Shown here one piece after another: positions 18,767 to 28,078 of a stretch of DNA of 64,000 nucleotides; position 1 is the stretch's first letter, and every line of letters begins with the position of its first letter. The DNA lies in assembly GCA_964566505.1 (NCBI GenBank), contig CAZMIM010000001.1, positions 132,581 to 196,580 of the forward strand. Reading direction: 5' to 3'. The notes beneath the pieces were generated by a model. It was given only the letters and a program-made list of their open reading frames with translations. It did not search any database and had not been told where the DNA came from. The translations under genes were made by a program, and so were the position numbers. This stretch comes from an uncultured Candidatus Saccharibacteria bacterium. Lineage in GTDB: Bacteria; Patescibacteriota; Minisyncoccia; Phycocordibacterales; PCTT01.

Positions 18767-19252
18767 TTACACGAATCCTCTTTCCGCCAGACTCACATAG
18801 TCATCGTCTCCGAGTATCAAGTGGTCGCGGACAGGTATCGCCAATAGCTTTCCGGCTTTGACGAGCTGCTTCGTGATGTGTATGTCTTCACGGCTTGGCT
18901 CGGGGTTTCCTGACGGATGGTTGTGAGCCGCAATCAGACATGAGGCATTCGCCAGGATTGCTGCTTTGAATACCGCCCTTGGCTCAACAACGCTTTGACT
19001 CAAACCTCCAACCGATACTGAGCACATGCCCGTCAACGTCATCGCTGTGTCCAAGAAGCAGATGATGAACTCTTCACGGTCGTGCAGAATGAAATAGGCT
19101 TTTAGAAGCTTTGCCAGTTTCCCCGGCGTGTTGATCTTTTCCCGCTTGGCGAACGAAAGGGTTCGCTCCCGAATCAAGCGAGATGAATAGATAGGAATGA
19201 TAAGTCCAGGCTTCTCACTCTCAACCTCTTCGTCTAGGGGTTCTTTGTCCAT
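18767..19252 (-). CDS. radC: RadC-like JAB/MPN domain protein
   Basis: HNHPSGNPEPSREDIHITKQL JAB motif. Track ORF runs to 19441, but the likely start is MDKEPLDEEV at 19252; the upstream extension overlaps the neighbouring ATPase 3' end. Confidence 0.6.
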   Translation of the reverse strand: MDKEPLDEEVESEKPGLIIPIYSSRLIRERTLSFAKREKINTPGKLAKLLKAYFILHDREEFIICFLDTAMTLTGMCSVSVGGLSQSVVEPRAVFKAAILANASCLIAAHNHPSGNPEPSREDIHITKQLVKAGKLLAIPVRDHLILGDDDYVSLAERGFV

Positions 19253-19373
19253 CGTATTGACCTCCTGATATGAAATGATCTGTGGGCTAGAGGCACATCG
19301 TGTGGTGCACATCCTCGTCCATCGTATCGGGAAGTCGATGTGGCAAGTAGACGGTTTTTCGGGGTGAACCTGT

Positions 19374-20570
19374 CTACTTGTCAAAGGGGTATCGTCTGGG
19401 GTCAAGTGTATCGGCACTGAATGGCTTGGACACAGCACCATCGATCATCATTCTGAGGTAGATCGAGTGGTTCGGCAGATTTTCGAAGTCTTCGAACGAG
19501 AACTTGGGATAGAACTCCTTCGCCATGATTCTGGAATCAGTCGAACCCAACCTAAATGAGATTATGGTGCCCACGTTTCCAAGAATGGCTTCTCTCATTT
19601 CTCGGTCTCCTTGCCCTGTGTATTGCTGGCAAATCGCCAAACATACCTTGTATTTACGAGCCTCAGAGAACATCTGGTAGAAAACAGGGGATGAGTAAGC
19701 ATGGACCTCATCTAAATAGGCCGAAAAGTCTCTTCGTCGTTCCTCAGGAGTGTCTGCTCGCGCTAGTGTTGCAGTCTCCAAAGATGCCATCAGCAAGCCT
19801 CCGATTAGGTAGGCAGTATCTTCTCCGACTTTTCCTTTCGCCAGGTTGACCAACAGTATTTTTTCACTGTCGATGATGTCTCGAAGGTCGACGCTTTCCC
19901 CTTTGCCCGTCAGGAGGTCAAATGAAACGGGATTGGCAAGAAATGCCCCTGTTCTGTTCAGAATTGGTGCAATGGTTTCGGCTCTGTATCGAAGAGGAAT
20001 TTTCTCATATTCAAGTCGCCAGAATCTTCGCACTTCCTCATGTTTGATGTATGGAATGACCCCGTTACGAAACGATTTGTCCTGAAGCATCCGCGGAATG
20101 TCTCGGAGCGTGGCATTAGGCAAGTACAGCAATGAAATCAGAGTCATCCTTAATTTGTGTTCCATCGCCGGTCCCCACCAGGAGCTCCATAGTTTCTTGA
20201 ATGTGTTTAGGAGGCTTGAGGCAACAAGAACCCTCTTGTCTTCGGGGACATCTCTCAGTGGATTGAATGAAAGCAGCATGGATGCATGCGGCAGATTGAG
20301 ATCCACGAGCCGATGCTGATCTGCAGGTCCAATACGACGCTTCACATTTTCGTAAAGGTCGCCGTGGGGATCAACGAGCATAAATCCGCGCCCACGCCGG
20401 ATGTCTTCCGCTGCGAATATCTCTAGCAGACTGGATTTCCCGGTTCCTGTTTTTCCGAGAATGTAGATGTGTGACCGCCTATCGATACCATTTCGGATGC
20501 CAAACACCGTTTGGCGGCCTCGGTGATTGGTCCGGGCGAAATATGCAATTTGATCCTCGTCATTTCGCAT
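19374..20570 (-). CDS. P-loop NTPase of conjugative/mobile-element type (TraD/TrwB-like or HerA/DUF87-like)
   Basis: 398 aa. Walker A ILGKTGTGKSSLL, Walker B-like SAYLDEVHAY. No TM helices. Confidence 0.5.
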   Translation of the reverse strand: MRNDEDQIAYFARTNHRGRQTVFGIRNGIDRRSHIYILGKTGTGKSSLLEIFAAEDIRRGRGFMLVDPHGDLYENVKRRIGPADQHRLVDLNLPHASMLLSFNPLRDVPEDKRVLVASSLLNTFKKLWSSWWGPAMEHKLRMTLISLLYLPNATLRDIPRMLQDKSFRNGVIPYIKHEEVRRFWRLEYEKIPLRYRAETIAPILNRTGAFLANPVSFDLLTGKGESVDLRDIIDSEKILLVNLAKGKVGEDTAYLIGGLLMASLETATLARADTPEERRRDFSAYLDEVHAYSSPVFYQMFSEARKYKVCLAICQQYTGQGDREMREAILGNVGTIISFRLGSTDSRIMAKEFYPKFSFEDFENLPNHSIYLRMMIDGAVSKPFSADTLDPRRYPFDK

Positions 20571-20911
20571 TCTCTCATTGTTTCATCAGGGTCTACCTAG
20601 TGAAGGCGGTGGGTTAGGTGGTTGCCGATCTTCATCCACTACCGGAGCACATTGGAGGTAGTGACGCCACTATTGACGAACATATTTTAGCCACACACCC
20701 CCACTTTCGTCCTCGTTCCCGAATTGTCAAATCAACATGTATTTAGCCTATTCAAAGGCGCAGACCCAATGCAATTAGTCTACATGGGGTAATTCGTTCG
20801 ATGACAAATAGTTGGACAGTTGACTAAAGCAGACGTTTTGCATGAACGCATGGATTTGTTTGCTAGAATCACCCTCGGCCCAAAGAGCAAATCACTCGTA
20901 TTGGGCAGGTC

Positions 20912-20939
20912 AGTGGTTCGAGTCCGCTCATTGGCTCCA
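20912..20939 (+). other. tRNA 3' fragment (T-arm plus acceptor 3' strand plus CCA) with no foldable 5' part; probable att-site remnant
   Basis: agtgg-ttcgagt-ccgct T-arm, cattggc-t-cca. Upstream sequence does not give an anticodon or D arm or a complementary acceptor strand. Confidence 0.4.
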
Positions 20940-20945
20940 TTAAAA

Positions 20946-20978
20946 AAGCCCTTTCTGATGTCAGAAAGGGCTTTTTTG
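20946..20978 (+). terminator. Rho-independent terminator
   Basis: aagccctttctga-tg-tcagaaagggctttttt. Confidence 0.6.
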
Positions 20979-21032
20979 AATTATTGCCTTTGCTGAGGCA
21001 AAGGATGGTGCAAGATAGGTGCACGAAAAACA

Positions 21033-21428
21033 CTATCCCTGCTGCACTTTCTCTTGGGCAAACAAGAACTTGACCATCACATTTGTAAGTTGCCACAAAG
21101 GCCCAAACGAGGAGCCGATAAATATTCTCCAGGCCCATTCGTCGACATCAAGTTCGTAAAGGTTGAAAGCGTCCACGACGAACAGCGTTGCCACTAACCC
21201 AAGCCAGACGCTAATCCAAATAAGTGACATCCAGAGAAAGCAGCCTCGAAATGAGTGTCTCTGGTTACCATCTCGAATCTTTTGCCTACCCAATTCGTCA
21301 CCAAATCGCCGTGTTCTTGCCTCGACATCTTTCCTGTCCTCGTCGGACAAGTGGCTGAGAACCGACAATTCATCGATTGACCCAGAACTGATGAGGTCAT
21401 ATTTGGTGTCTTGCTCAGCCTTTGCCAC
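21033..21428 (-). CDS. Small membrane protein; candidate toxin partner of the upstream Panacea-domain protein
   Basis: 131 aa. Charged N-terminus, two C-terminal TM helices (CFLWMSLIWISVWLGLVATLFVV). Overlaps the upstream gene by 14 nt. Confidence 0.4.
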   Translation of the reverse strand: MAKAEQDTKYDLISSGSIDELSVLSHLSDEDRKDVEARTRRFGDELGRQKIRDGNQRHSFRGCFLWMSLIWISVWLGLVATLFVVDAFNLYELDVDEWAWRIFIGSSFGPLWQLTNVMVKFLFAQEKVQQG

Positions 21429-21921
21429 CGCCTTCGCCCCCTTGTCTTTCTTTCAGGAGCTTCTCGTAGTGCTCCTTAATAAGATCATCGCCAATAGGCT
21501 CGCCGGATGGGGGATTTCCTTCAAACATCACCTTAAAGACTTCATACCAAGGCGTCCCAGGCATATGGGTGATGTCGGAGAGTGTGAATGCGTCCATCTT
21601 CTTGTACGCATTCCATACGGACTTGACGAAAGATCTCGTCGAAGTGTCATCAAGCGGGATCTCATCGTCTCCGATAGGTGCAGTTACAGCGCCTCTTCCG
21701 TATCGCTTGGTGCTTTTGTAGAGGTCACTGAAGACTGGTCCATAAGGCCAAGCCTCCGGAGCCCTGTCGACCAGTCGTCGTCCTCTTAATCCAAGGCTCC
21801 AACCATGGGCCACATAAACGAGCTTGATCAGCTTCATGGGCGACAAAGATTGACCTTCTTCGCTTGCCAGCTTGAGAAACTCGTTTGCTATACTTGCAAC
21901 AGAATAGGGGCGATCCATCAC
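21415..21921 (-). CDS. Panacea-domain (SocA/GepA/DUF4065-like) protein, putative antitoxin
   Basis: 168 aa. MKLIKLVYVAHGWSLGL...EAWPYGPVFSDLY matches the DUF4065 signature (KL.KLlY...G...W..GPV...Y). Confidence 0.55.
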   Translation of the reverse strand: MMDRPYSVASIANEFLKLASEEGQSLSPMKLIKLVYVAHGWSLGLRGRRLVDRAPEAWPYGPVFSDLYKSTKRYGRGAVTAPIGDDEIPLDDTSTRSFVKSVWNAYKKMDAFTLSDITHMPGTPWYEVFKVMFEGNPPSGEPIGDDLIKEHYEKLLKERQGGEGGGKG

Positions 21922-22009
21922 GGTAGTGGCTCAATGGATTTTGTTGTACGACAATTGGCCTCGGATGTTTTACTTTCCACGTAACCACTAAACCTCATTC
22001 AGAGTTCAA

Positions 22010-22603
22010 ATGGCACTATTGGATGCACATATCCGAGAAGCGATCATGTTAAACTTGCTGAGCGATGAGGATGGGAATTCCGATGTCGTAGTTGAGGAAT
22101 TGGCAGTTTGCAATGGTAGAGCTCGTGTAGATCTTAGCTTGATAAATGGGGCTCTGCACGGATTCGAAATCAAGAGCGAGGCAGACTCTCTCAAGCGCCT
22201 GAAAACTCAGAGTGTCCATTACTCAGCTGTCTTGGACTATGTGAGTTTGGTTGCGGCTCCAAAGCACATCGAAAGCGCGGCAGAGATAGTTCCAGATTGG
22301 TGGGGGATTATAGAGGTTGAGGATGCAAGCTCTGGGGTACAATTCAGAGTAGTTCGAGACGGTGAAATTAATCCAGATCCGCACCTTCCAAGCATAGTTC
22401 AATTGCTGTGGCGATCCGAGATGGAAGAAGTGATTTCCAACTACTTCCCAGAATTGAAGGTTACGAGATGGAATAAGCGAGAGATATCGGAATACCTGGG
22501 ACAAAATCTTTCCCGCCAGATACTTTCTTCGGAGGTGAGGAGATTGATCAAATCGAGAGAAGACTGGAGACTTGATCAACCACTTTCCGGATATGGTGAT
22601 TAG
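22010..22603 (+). CDS. PD-(D/E)xK-like protein resembling the sce7726 family
   Basis: 197 aa. EELAVCNGRARVDLSLINGALHGFEIKSEADSLKRL has an E...D...E-x-K arrangement. Convergent with and overlapping the next gene. Confidence 0.45.
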   Translation: MALLDAHIREAIMLNLLSDEDGNSDVVVEELAVCNGRARVDLSLINGALHGFEIKSEADSLKRLKTQSVHYSAVLDYVSLVAAPKHIESAAEIVPDWWGIIEVEDASSGVQFRVVRDGEINPDPHLPSIVQLLWRSEMEEVISNYFPELKVTRWNKREISEYLGQNLSRQILSSEVRRLIKSREDWRLDQPLSGYGD

Positions 22604-23633
22604 TGCCAATTTCAATCCATGATGTAGCATTCCCGGTGCCAGAATATTCTTCAGCGATATCCTTGATACGCTTGTCGCCCCACGAATAGTCCTCTCCTTC
22701 GTAGTAACCTGAATTAATGATCTCGGATGCGATGTCAATGTATTGCTTGTAGCCTCTCGGCGAGTGCTTGAACGGCTTGCCTCGGTGAATGGCCCAAGTC
22801 TCATTCAATGTATATTTCACCTTCGGTCCCATAACGTTGACCATTGCAGGGAAATTCAAGTCGCGTAAATCTGGTGGGTCAATACCATAATCAGAAAAAG
22901 TGGGTGTCTTTGTCCCAGGCGTTAGTTGAGCCAATAGATCTCGATAGAGGGTCCATCCAGTTCTTGCGATTTCTCCTTCACTCTCGGTTGGTATTCCACT
23001 GCTGGTCAAGTTGAGTGGCATGCCAGTTCCAGAAACCGAGGTACTTCTCCAGTCGCTCGTAGTTGGCAATGATTCGAGAAATGTCTTCGCCCATTTGATA
23101 TAGGTGGCTACCTGGGAGCTTGACACGGACTCAAAGTCGAGTAGTAGGTCTACCTCGGATGCCGAAACATCAAAATTGGTCAGTGTCTGAGCCAAGGTCG
23201 AGACGGTAACAGCTGGATCGTCATCCATCTCGTCAGTCAAGATTCTGATGCAAAGTCCATTGGCACCGGTAGCGAGGCATTCCTTGACTGCACCTTCGTA
23301 CTGACTTGATCGACTGAGCGAAGTTGCAGGTGTGAGAGTTGGGTTGAGAGGGCGAATGTGGTTGTGAAAAGCGAAAAGACAATGTGAATCATCATCACAA
23401 AGTTCGTCCACCATTCTCATGTCGACAATTAGTCGTCTGTCAGTATTTAAGAACCTCTTTATATATCCTGCTTTACTCTCAATAAATGAGTCTACGGAGT
23501 CCTTGTTGCGCTCGTGCGGCTGAATATGTGGTACATCTAATAGTGGCACGATGAGAGAACTCGTAATCGAGTCGAGTTCTCGAATTGCTCGGCATTCTCC
23601 TGTTTTGCCTTTGATAATTGGGAAGTAAATCAC
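22548..23633 (-). CDS. Protein resembling the sce7725 / Beta-protein (PF14350-like) family
   Basis: 361 aa. N-terminus MIYFPIIKGKTGECRAIRELD resembles the Beta-protein family start (YVPILKxKxGEfxAL). This assignment is from memory. Confidence 0.4.
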   Translation of the reverse strand: MIYFPIIKGKTGECRAIRELDSITSSLIVPLLDVPHIQPHERNKDSVDSFIESKAGYIKRFLNTDRRLIVDMRMVDELCDDDSHCLFAFHNHIRPLNPTLTPATSLSRSSQYEGAVKECLATGANGLCIRILTDEMDDDPAVTVSTLAQTLTNFDVSASEVDLLLDFESVSSSQVATYIKWAKTFLESLPTTSDWRSTSVSGTGMPLNLTSSGIPTESEGEIARTGWTLYRDLLAQLTPGTKTPTFSDYGIDPPDLRDLNFPAMVNVMGPKVKYTLNETWAIHRGKPFKHSPRGYKQYIDIASEIINSGYYEGEDYSWGDKRIKDIAEEYSGTGNATSWIEIGTNHHIRKVVDQVSSLLSI

Positions 23634-24019
23634 TCTCTTGTGCCGCTCATTAGTAGTTGTGTCGCAAGGGCCAAGGTCCTTAAGAAATCAGGCGAACCAC
23701 TAAGCCTATTACTTGCTGAGACCAATTGCAAGGATAATACTACCCATTTTCAGAACATGTGGGGTGCCTATGGTGCTGCGGCAACTATCAGGAATAGGGA
23801 TCACGGAATAGTTACCAATCAAGCGCTTTTGAGCCTTACTGAAGAACCACTGAGAGCCGCTGAGACACTAGTATATTTGTACCATTCTTTGACTCAACGT
23901 TGACAGCGGGAACACAGAAGGCATACTGAAAGATGTAACAGTAAACCTAACAAACCCCCTAGCATCATGACACGTATCAAAGGAAACAATGACGGCCCCA
24001 ACGGCCGAAATGAATCATC

Positions 24020-24586
24020 TCAAATTGGAAGTAGAAAGAATGTGTCGAGGACACAGACTGTACGAGAGGTAAAAGCAGGAAAACACCCTGGAGCGCACGT
24101 AGTGAAGATCAATAAGCGCGAGTATGTCAGAGACAACCCCGACAGATCAAAGAAAGACAACGTAAACAGAAATCGGTAATTGATATGTCTGTATTTATTG
24201 TCACATGGGATCTGAATAAAGAAGGATTGAACGGCTCCGTGTAGTACTGAGCGCGCACGACGAACCGATACCCGGTACTCGTCGATTAGGTGCTGAGCCA
24301 ATACTCTGCGACGTGCTGGCCCTATAGTTTTTTTGATAACGTCCTGCAGCATCTGCTTATCCAGGGACAAGTCAGCCACCAGCTTCTTCAATTGGTTGTT
24401 CTCGGCTTCAAGCTGGCGTAGACGGCGAAGCTCAGAGGTCCCAAGACCTCCGTACTTCTTCTTCCAATTGTAAAAGGTAGCCTCGCTGATGCCCATCTTG
24501 CGGCAAACCTCGGCTACCTTGGTCCCGCTCTCTGCTTGGCGCAGGGCGAAGATGATCTGGCTCTCGGTAAACTTCGACTTCTTCAT
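24020..24586 (-). mobile_element. IS3-family transposase OrfA remnant (HTH plus leucine zipper; OrfB truncated after its first residues)
   Basis: MKKSKFTESQIIFALRQAESGTKVAEVCRKMGISEATFYNWKKKYGG...LEAENNQLKKLVADLSLDKQMLQDV, then LIDEYRVSVRRARSVL (OrfB start), then unrelated sequence. No DDE domain follows. Confidence 0.6.
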
Positions 24587-25058
24587 GGCAATCACGTTTT
24601 TGTCTGATTGTACGTAATCGCCCGGAAACTCTACTATTGAATGGACCAGTTTATGGGAAGAGGTCATATGGTACGACGTCCACGGGAGCCCGGTAACCGT
24701 GCGCCATACGGGGCCGATGGTGGTTGCAATCTCGTTGCCATTCGACGGCTTTGTCGAGTGGCGCTGATAGACTATTTCATAATTGCGCAGGACAGATAGT
24801 GCTGAACCATAACCTATAGAAGTACGAGATTCGCCTGACCGAGCACCTGTGGTGGGACACCTGTACTCTTAGATAGTAAAGCCACTTACTGGACCTAAAC
24901 AACAAAGCTTTTAGACCATTTCGCCCAATACACTTAAGATGCCTTACGCCATGACTCCCTTGAAGGCCTCTGCCTGCCCTCTTTTCACTATAGTCTAGAA
25001 ATGCATGTCTAGAAAAAACCTATCGGGTTTCACTCCCGATAGGTTTTAACACCTTGCC

Positions 25059-25352
25059 TCAACCTGCGTGAGACAAGACATCGATTACTTGATAGTAGGC
25101 CCCTTCTTTCTTGAGCAGCCCATATATCTCTAATTCTCTAAGAAGGTCACGCAGAGACAATGTTCTGTCAACTTCATGAAAACCATTGGGAAGTCTCCTC
25201 AGAAATACCTCCTCAAGCTCAGATGCCGTAAACGGTGTATCTAGTGAGTAAATGGTGTCAAACAGAATCTGACGATTCTGCTCATACTTGTCTATAGCGG
25301 TCATGTGATTACCTCCACAGGTGCAGTCATTTGATTTAGGAATTCGTCCCAA
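25059..25352 (-). CDS. Small hypothetical protein, 3' partner of the HD-domain gene
   Basis: 97 aa. Start overlaps the HD gene stop by about 50 nt. No recognisable motif. Confidence 0.3.
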   Translation of the reverse strand: MGRIPKSNDCTCGGNHMTAIDKYEQNRQILFDTIYSLDTPFTASELEEVFLRRLPNGFHEVDRTLSLRDLLRELEIYGLLKKEGAYYQVIDVLSHAG

Positions 25353-27295
25353 AGCAATTCGCCCAAACGCCTTCGCATTTCTGGCAATGCCTTATCCATA
25401 TCAATGCCGAAAACAAAAACATAAAATGGTGGAATAAAAAGGGATCTTTCTTTTAATCTCTTCGCCACATCCGACACATCTGAGATTGGCACAGTCGATG
25501 CCGAATCACCACCTTCTTCTTTCTCCCCATCGCTCTGATTAATTGCGAGAGGATCTGAAGGACTCACTCCAGGTTTTACCTTTATGGGAGCATAGAAAGC
25601 GTCCTCGATTTTATACTCAGCCACGAGACGTTTAATGGCCTTGTCCAGTGAAGTGTACAGCCACGACTCTTTTCTCTTACCCAAATAGAAGAACGTCTGC
25701 TCAAGATGTGACAGCAACAATCCTCCTCCATTGTAACCTTCTTCCCGAGATTTAATCAACTTCACAATCTCCAATAGATGTGGTTGAACTCTGGCTTTAA
25801 GATCCTCCATTCCTGAAGAAATGATGTCACCGAGCGATGCCCAATTAGTACCGCTAGATGCCTCCTGAAACGCTTTATCCACCTCCCAAAAATCGTCTAA
25901 CCTCTTGTAAAGGGTTACGTATCCTTTTCGCCCCGAAAGCAACTCATCAAGCATCTTTTTGACAGCTTGAGACGTTTGGGGGGAATGATTATAGTGACGC
26001 AAAACAGTAATCAACCACGAATCATCCCACTGAGACACTCTAGTTGCAAAGTCGGCGGGCGTATCTGCCATTCCGCCCTCAAAGGCTATCCACAGGCCCG
26101 AAATATCAATAGGTAGTTGGGTGCCCCTAAATGCCTTTCTCTTTTGCTGACCGGCTTCAGATCTATTTTCGAGTTGGTCCTGGGCCAAATGTCTAATCGC
26201 ACGCCTCATGAGGCCGTCAGTCTTTTTAACCCTATGATGAGATACAGCATACCTATAAAACTCAAAACGCCGCTCCAACACCTCCTCCACTGTACTAATA
26301 GACCTTGCAGATGGGAGAAACAAGAATGGTGAAACGCCTTTATTATCGTCATCAAAGCTAGGGTTCTTAACTAGCTGAAATGAGCTTAACAACCTCTCTA
26401 TTCCTACGGGCTGCCTCCCCAAGGCCGTCATGACTCTATCCCTAGACACAAAGTCCAGCCTATCGACGTCAATTACGCCGTCTATCATTGACTTCAGACT
26501 GCTTTCTCTACCGATCCCATTCTTTCTCAATGCCCTCAACGCCAACTGGCCAACTATAAATTCGTTATATCTTGACTGCCTCGATGTCAGTCTTTTGGTT
26601 GCTTGAGTAATTATCTCTCGCGATAAACGCTCACTAACTCCTTCATGAAAAGACGGAGGGTTAAACGGAGATAGCAGGTCAACAAAATTTTTCTTCGCTG
26701 ATTCGTCTTCTAGGTCCTCTTTGATGTACTCGTTGTAAATGTCAGTAAGTGCAAATTCCGCGACATGAGAGAAAGGTGGATGACCAACATCATGAAGCAA
26801 TGCCGCTATTCTGGCAGCTTGATAGCTGGCCAATAACAGATTGGCCCGTTCGCCATGTCGGGTGTTCTCTAGGTTTGTTAGAACTCCCTGATAGAATGGG
26901 TGATCAAAAATAAGATCACCGTTATCCTTAAAATCTACTTGCTGTCCCCCTCTGCCATCTAAATCACTAAAAGTATGCGCGTAGTGCGAACCAAAAGTTT
27001 GCTCGTCTTGCTCTATTTCCGATATTTCCTCACCAATTGAATCTAGAAATTCAGAAACCGTCTTCTGAGAGGCATTTTTAATCCCCGAAAGAAACACTTT
27101 TCCGGCGATGTGCATGCATCCGATTGAATGGCTAAATCTTGAGTGCCGAGCTGACGGGAATGTTAAGTAGAGAGTAGAGGTTTGCAGCACATTGTGAAGC
27201 CGATTGAAAATTGTGGTCGACAATACTGCTTTTTCAAAAGGACTTACAGGAATAGACTCATGTATGCTATCCGCTATATTCGTAATCTTGAGCAT
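25301..27295 (-). CDS. HD-domain phosphohydrolase, dGTPase (Dgt/SAMHD1-like dNTP triphosphohydrolase) family
   Basis: 664 aa. FSHSIGCMHIAGKV (first His) and LLHDVGHPPFSH (HD...H) match the dNTPase HD signature. Confidence 0.6.
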   Translation of the reverse strand: MLKITNIADSIHESIPVSPFEKAVLSTTIFNRLHNVLQTSTLYLTFPSARHSRFSHSIGCMHIAGKVFLSGIKNASQKTVSEFLDSIGEEISEIEQDEQTFGSHYAHTFSDLDGRGGQQVDFKDNGDLIFDHPFYQGVLTNLENTRHGERANLLLASYQAARIAALLHDVGHPPFSHVAEFALTDIYNEYIKEDLEDESAKKNFVDLLSPFNPPSFHEGVSERLSREIITQATKRLTSRQSRYNEFIVGQLALRALRKNGIGRESSLKSMIDGVIDVDRLDFVSRDRVMTALGRQPVGIERLLSSFQLVKNPSFDDDNKGVSPFLFLPSARSISTVEEVLERRFEFYRYAVSHHRVKKTDGLMRRAIRHLAQDQLENRSEAGQQKRKAFRGTQLPIDISGLWIAFEGGMADTPADFATRVSQWDDSWLITVLRHYNHSPQTSQAVKKMLDELLSGRKGYVTLYKRLDDFWEVDKAFQEASSGTNWASLGDIISSGMEDLKARVQPHLLEIVKLIKSREEGYNGGGLLLSHLEQTFFYLGKRKESWLYTSLDKAIKRLVAEYKIEDAFYAPIKVKPGVSPSDPLAINQSDGEKEEGGDSASTVPISDVSDVAKRLKERSLFIPPFYVFVFGIDMDKALPEMRRRLGELLWDEFLNQMTAPVEVIT

Positions 27296-27322
27296 GGCTT
27301 GAAGGCCCAGAAAGCAACCTGT

Positions 27323-27685
27323 TTATTTGGTGGACTCCTTCTCTTTGTCTTCTCGGTAAGAGATCAGTGCCCTCTTTGCCTTCTCCATGTATTCCTGAGG
27401 AAAAACCGTAACCTTTTGAGTACCTCTGTATTTCACAGGCGGCTGAGGAATAACCTTTTTATCAATCCAATCATAAATGGTCTTTTTCTGCACTCCAAAT
27501 GTTTCGGCGGCGTCAGAAACTGTGGGGTATTCAACCCCTTCGATTACCATCATATCCCCATCCCAGTGTTTGTAGTGGTTTACCACCGTTACGTTATTCA
27601 CTTCTGTTACGTGATGAAGGTAACAAGCCTGGCCGTGTTGTACAAGTATACCTCGGTGTTTGAGCGACCGGATTACTCGAAGCAT
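27323..27685 (-). CDS. HTH DNA-binding protein (excisionase/MerR-like HTH)
   Basis: 120 aa. VSDAAETFGVQKKTIYDWIDKKVIP helix-turn-helix. Immediately upstream of the HD gene on the same strand. Confidence 0.4.
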   Translation of the reverse strand: MLRVIRSLKHRGILVQHGQACYLHHVTEVNNVTVVNHYKHWDGDMMVIEGVEYPTVSDAAETFGVQKKTIYDWIDKKVIPQPPVKYRGTQKVTVFPQEYMEKAKRALISYREDKEKESTK

Positions 27686-28078
27686 GCGGAATTTCTGTTC
27701 GCATAGATAGTGACTTAGGCTACCCTAGGCATCTGGCTTGATAAATGGCATGAGATGCCCCAGGAGTTTCGAAGGGGTAGCCCATAGCTCATTTTTTCTG
27801 CGTTACAAGTACGAGTTGGCAATGGCCTGCGGCCTGTTTTGGACACGCCGCTTGGTGCTTGGAGTGGCAGACCTGAGAAAAAGCAAATTGCTCATCTTTT
27901 ACGAGTCTGTGAATCTCCAAACTGTCGGTAGTTCATCTCGACCATGGCCGGTTATTCCTCCGGATAATTAAGGATCGGACACGCGGAATGCGTAGATCTA
28001 CGCACTTGACAAATATGGCCGGGGATTTCTAAATCGCCCTCGTATCGACGTGTTACGCTACCATTTGAGGCTGCCATC

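Noticed and set aside
20580-20940. tmRNA (ssrA) hypothesis for the T-arm/acceptor/CCA fragment
   Set aside because: No alanine-tag reading frame, no 5' acceptor partner and no pseudoknot-like structure recognisable in the 350 nt upstream.
23640-24179. Plus-strand ORFs 23640..23903 and 23967..24179
   Set aside because: No motifs and odd composition. The second overlaps the IS3 OrfA remnant on the opposite strand. Likely non-coding decay products around the IS fragment.
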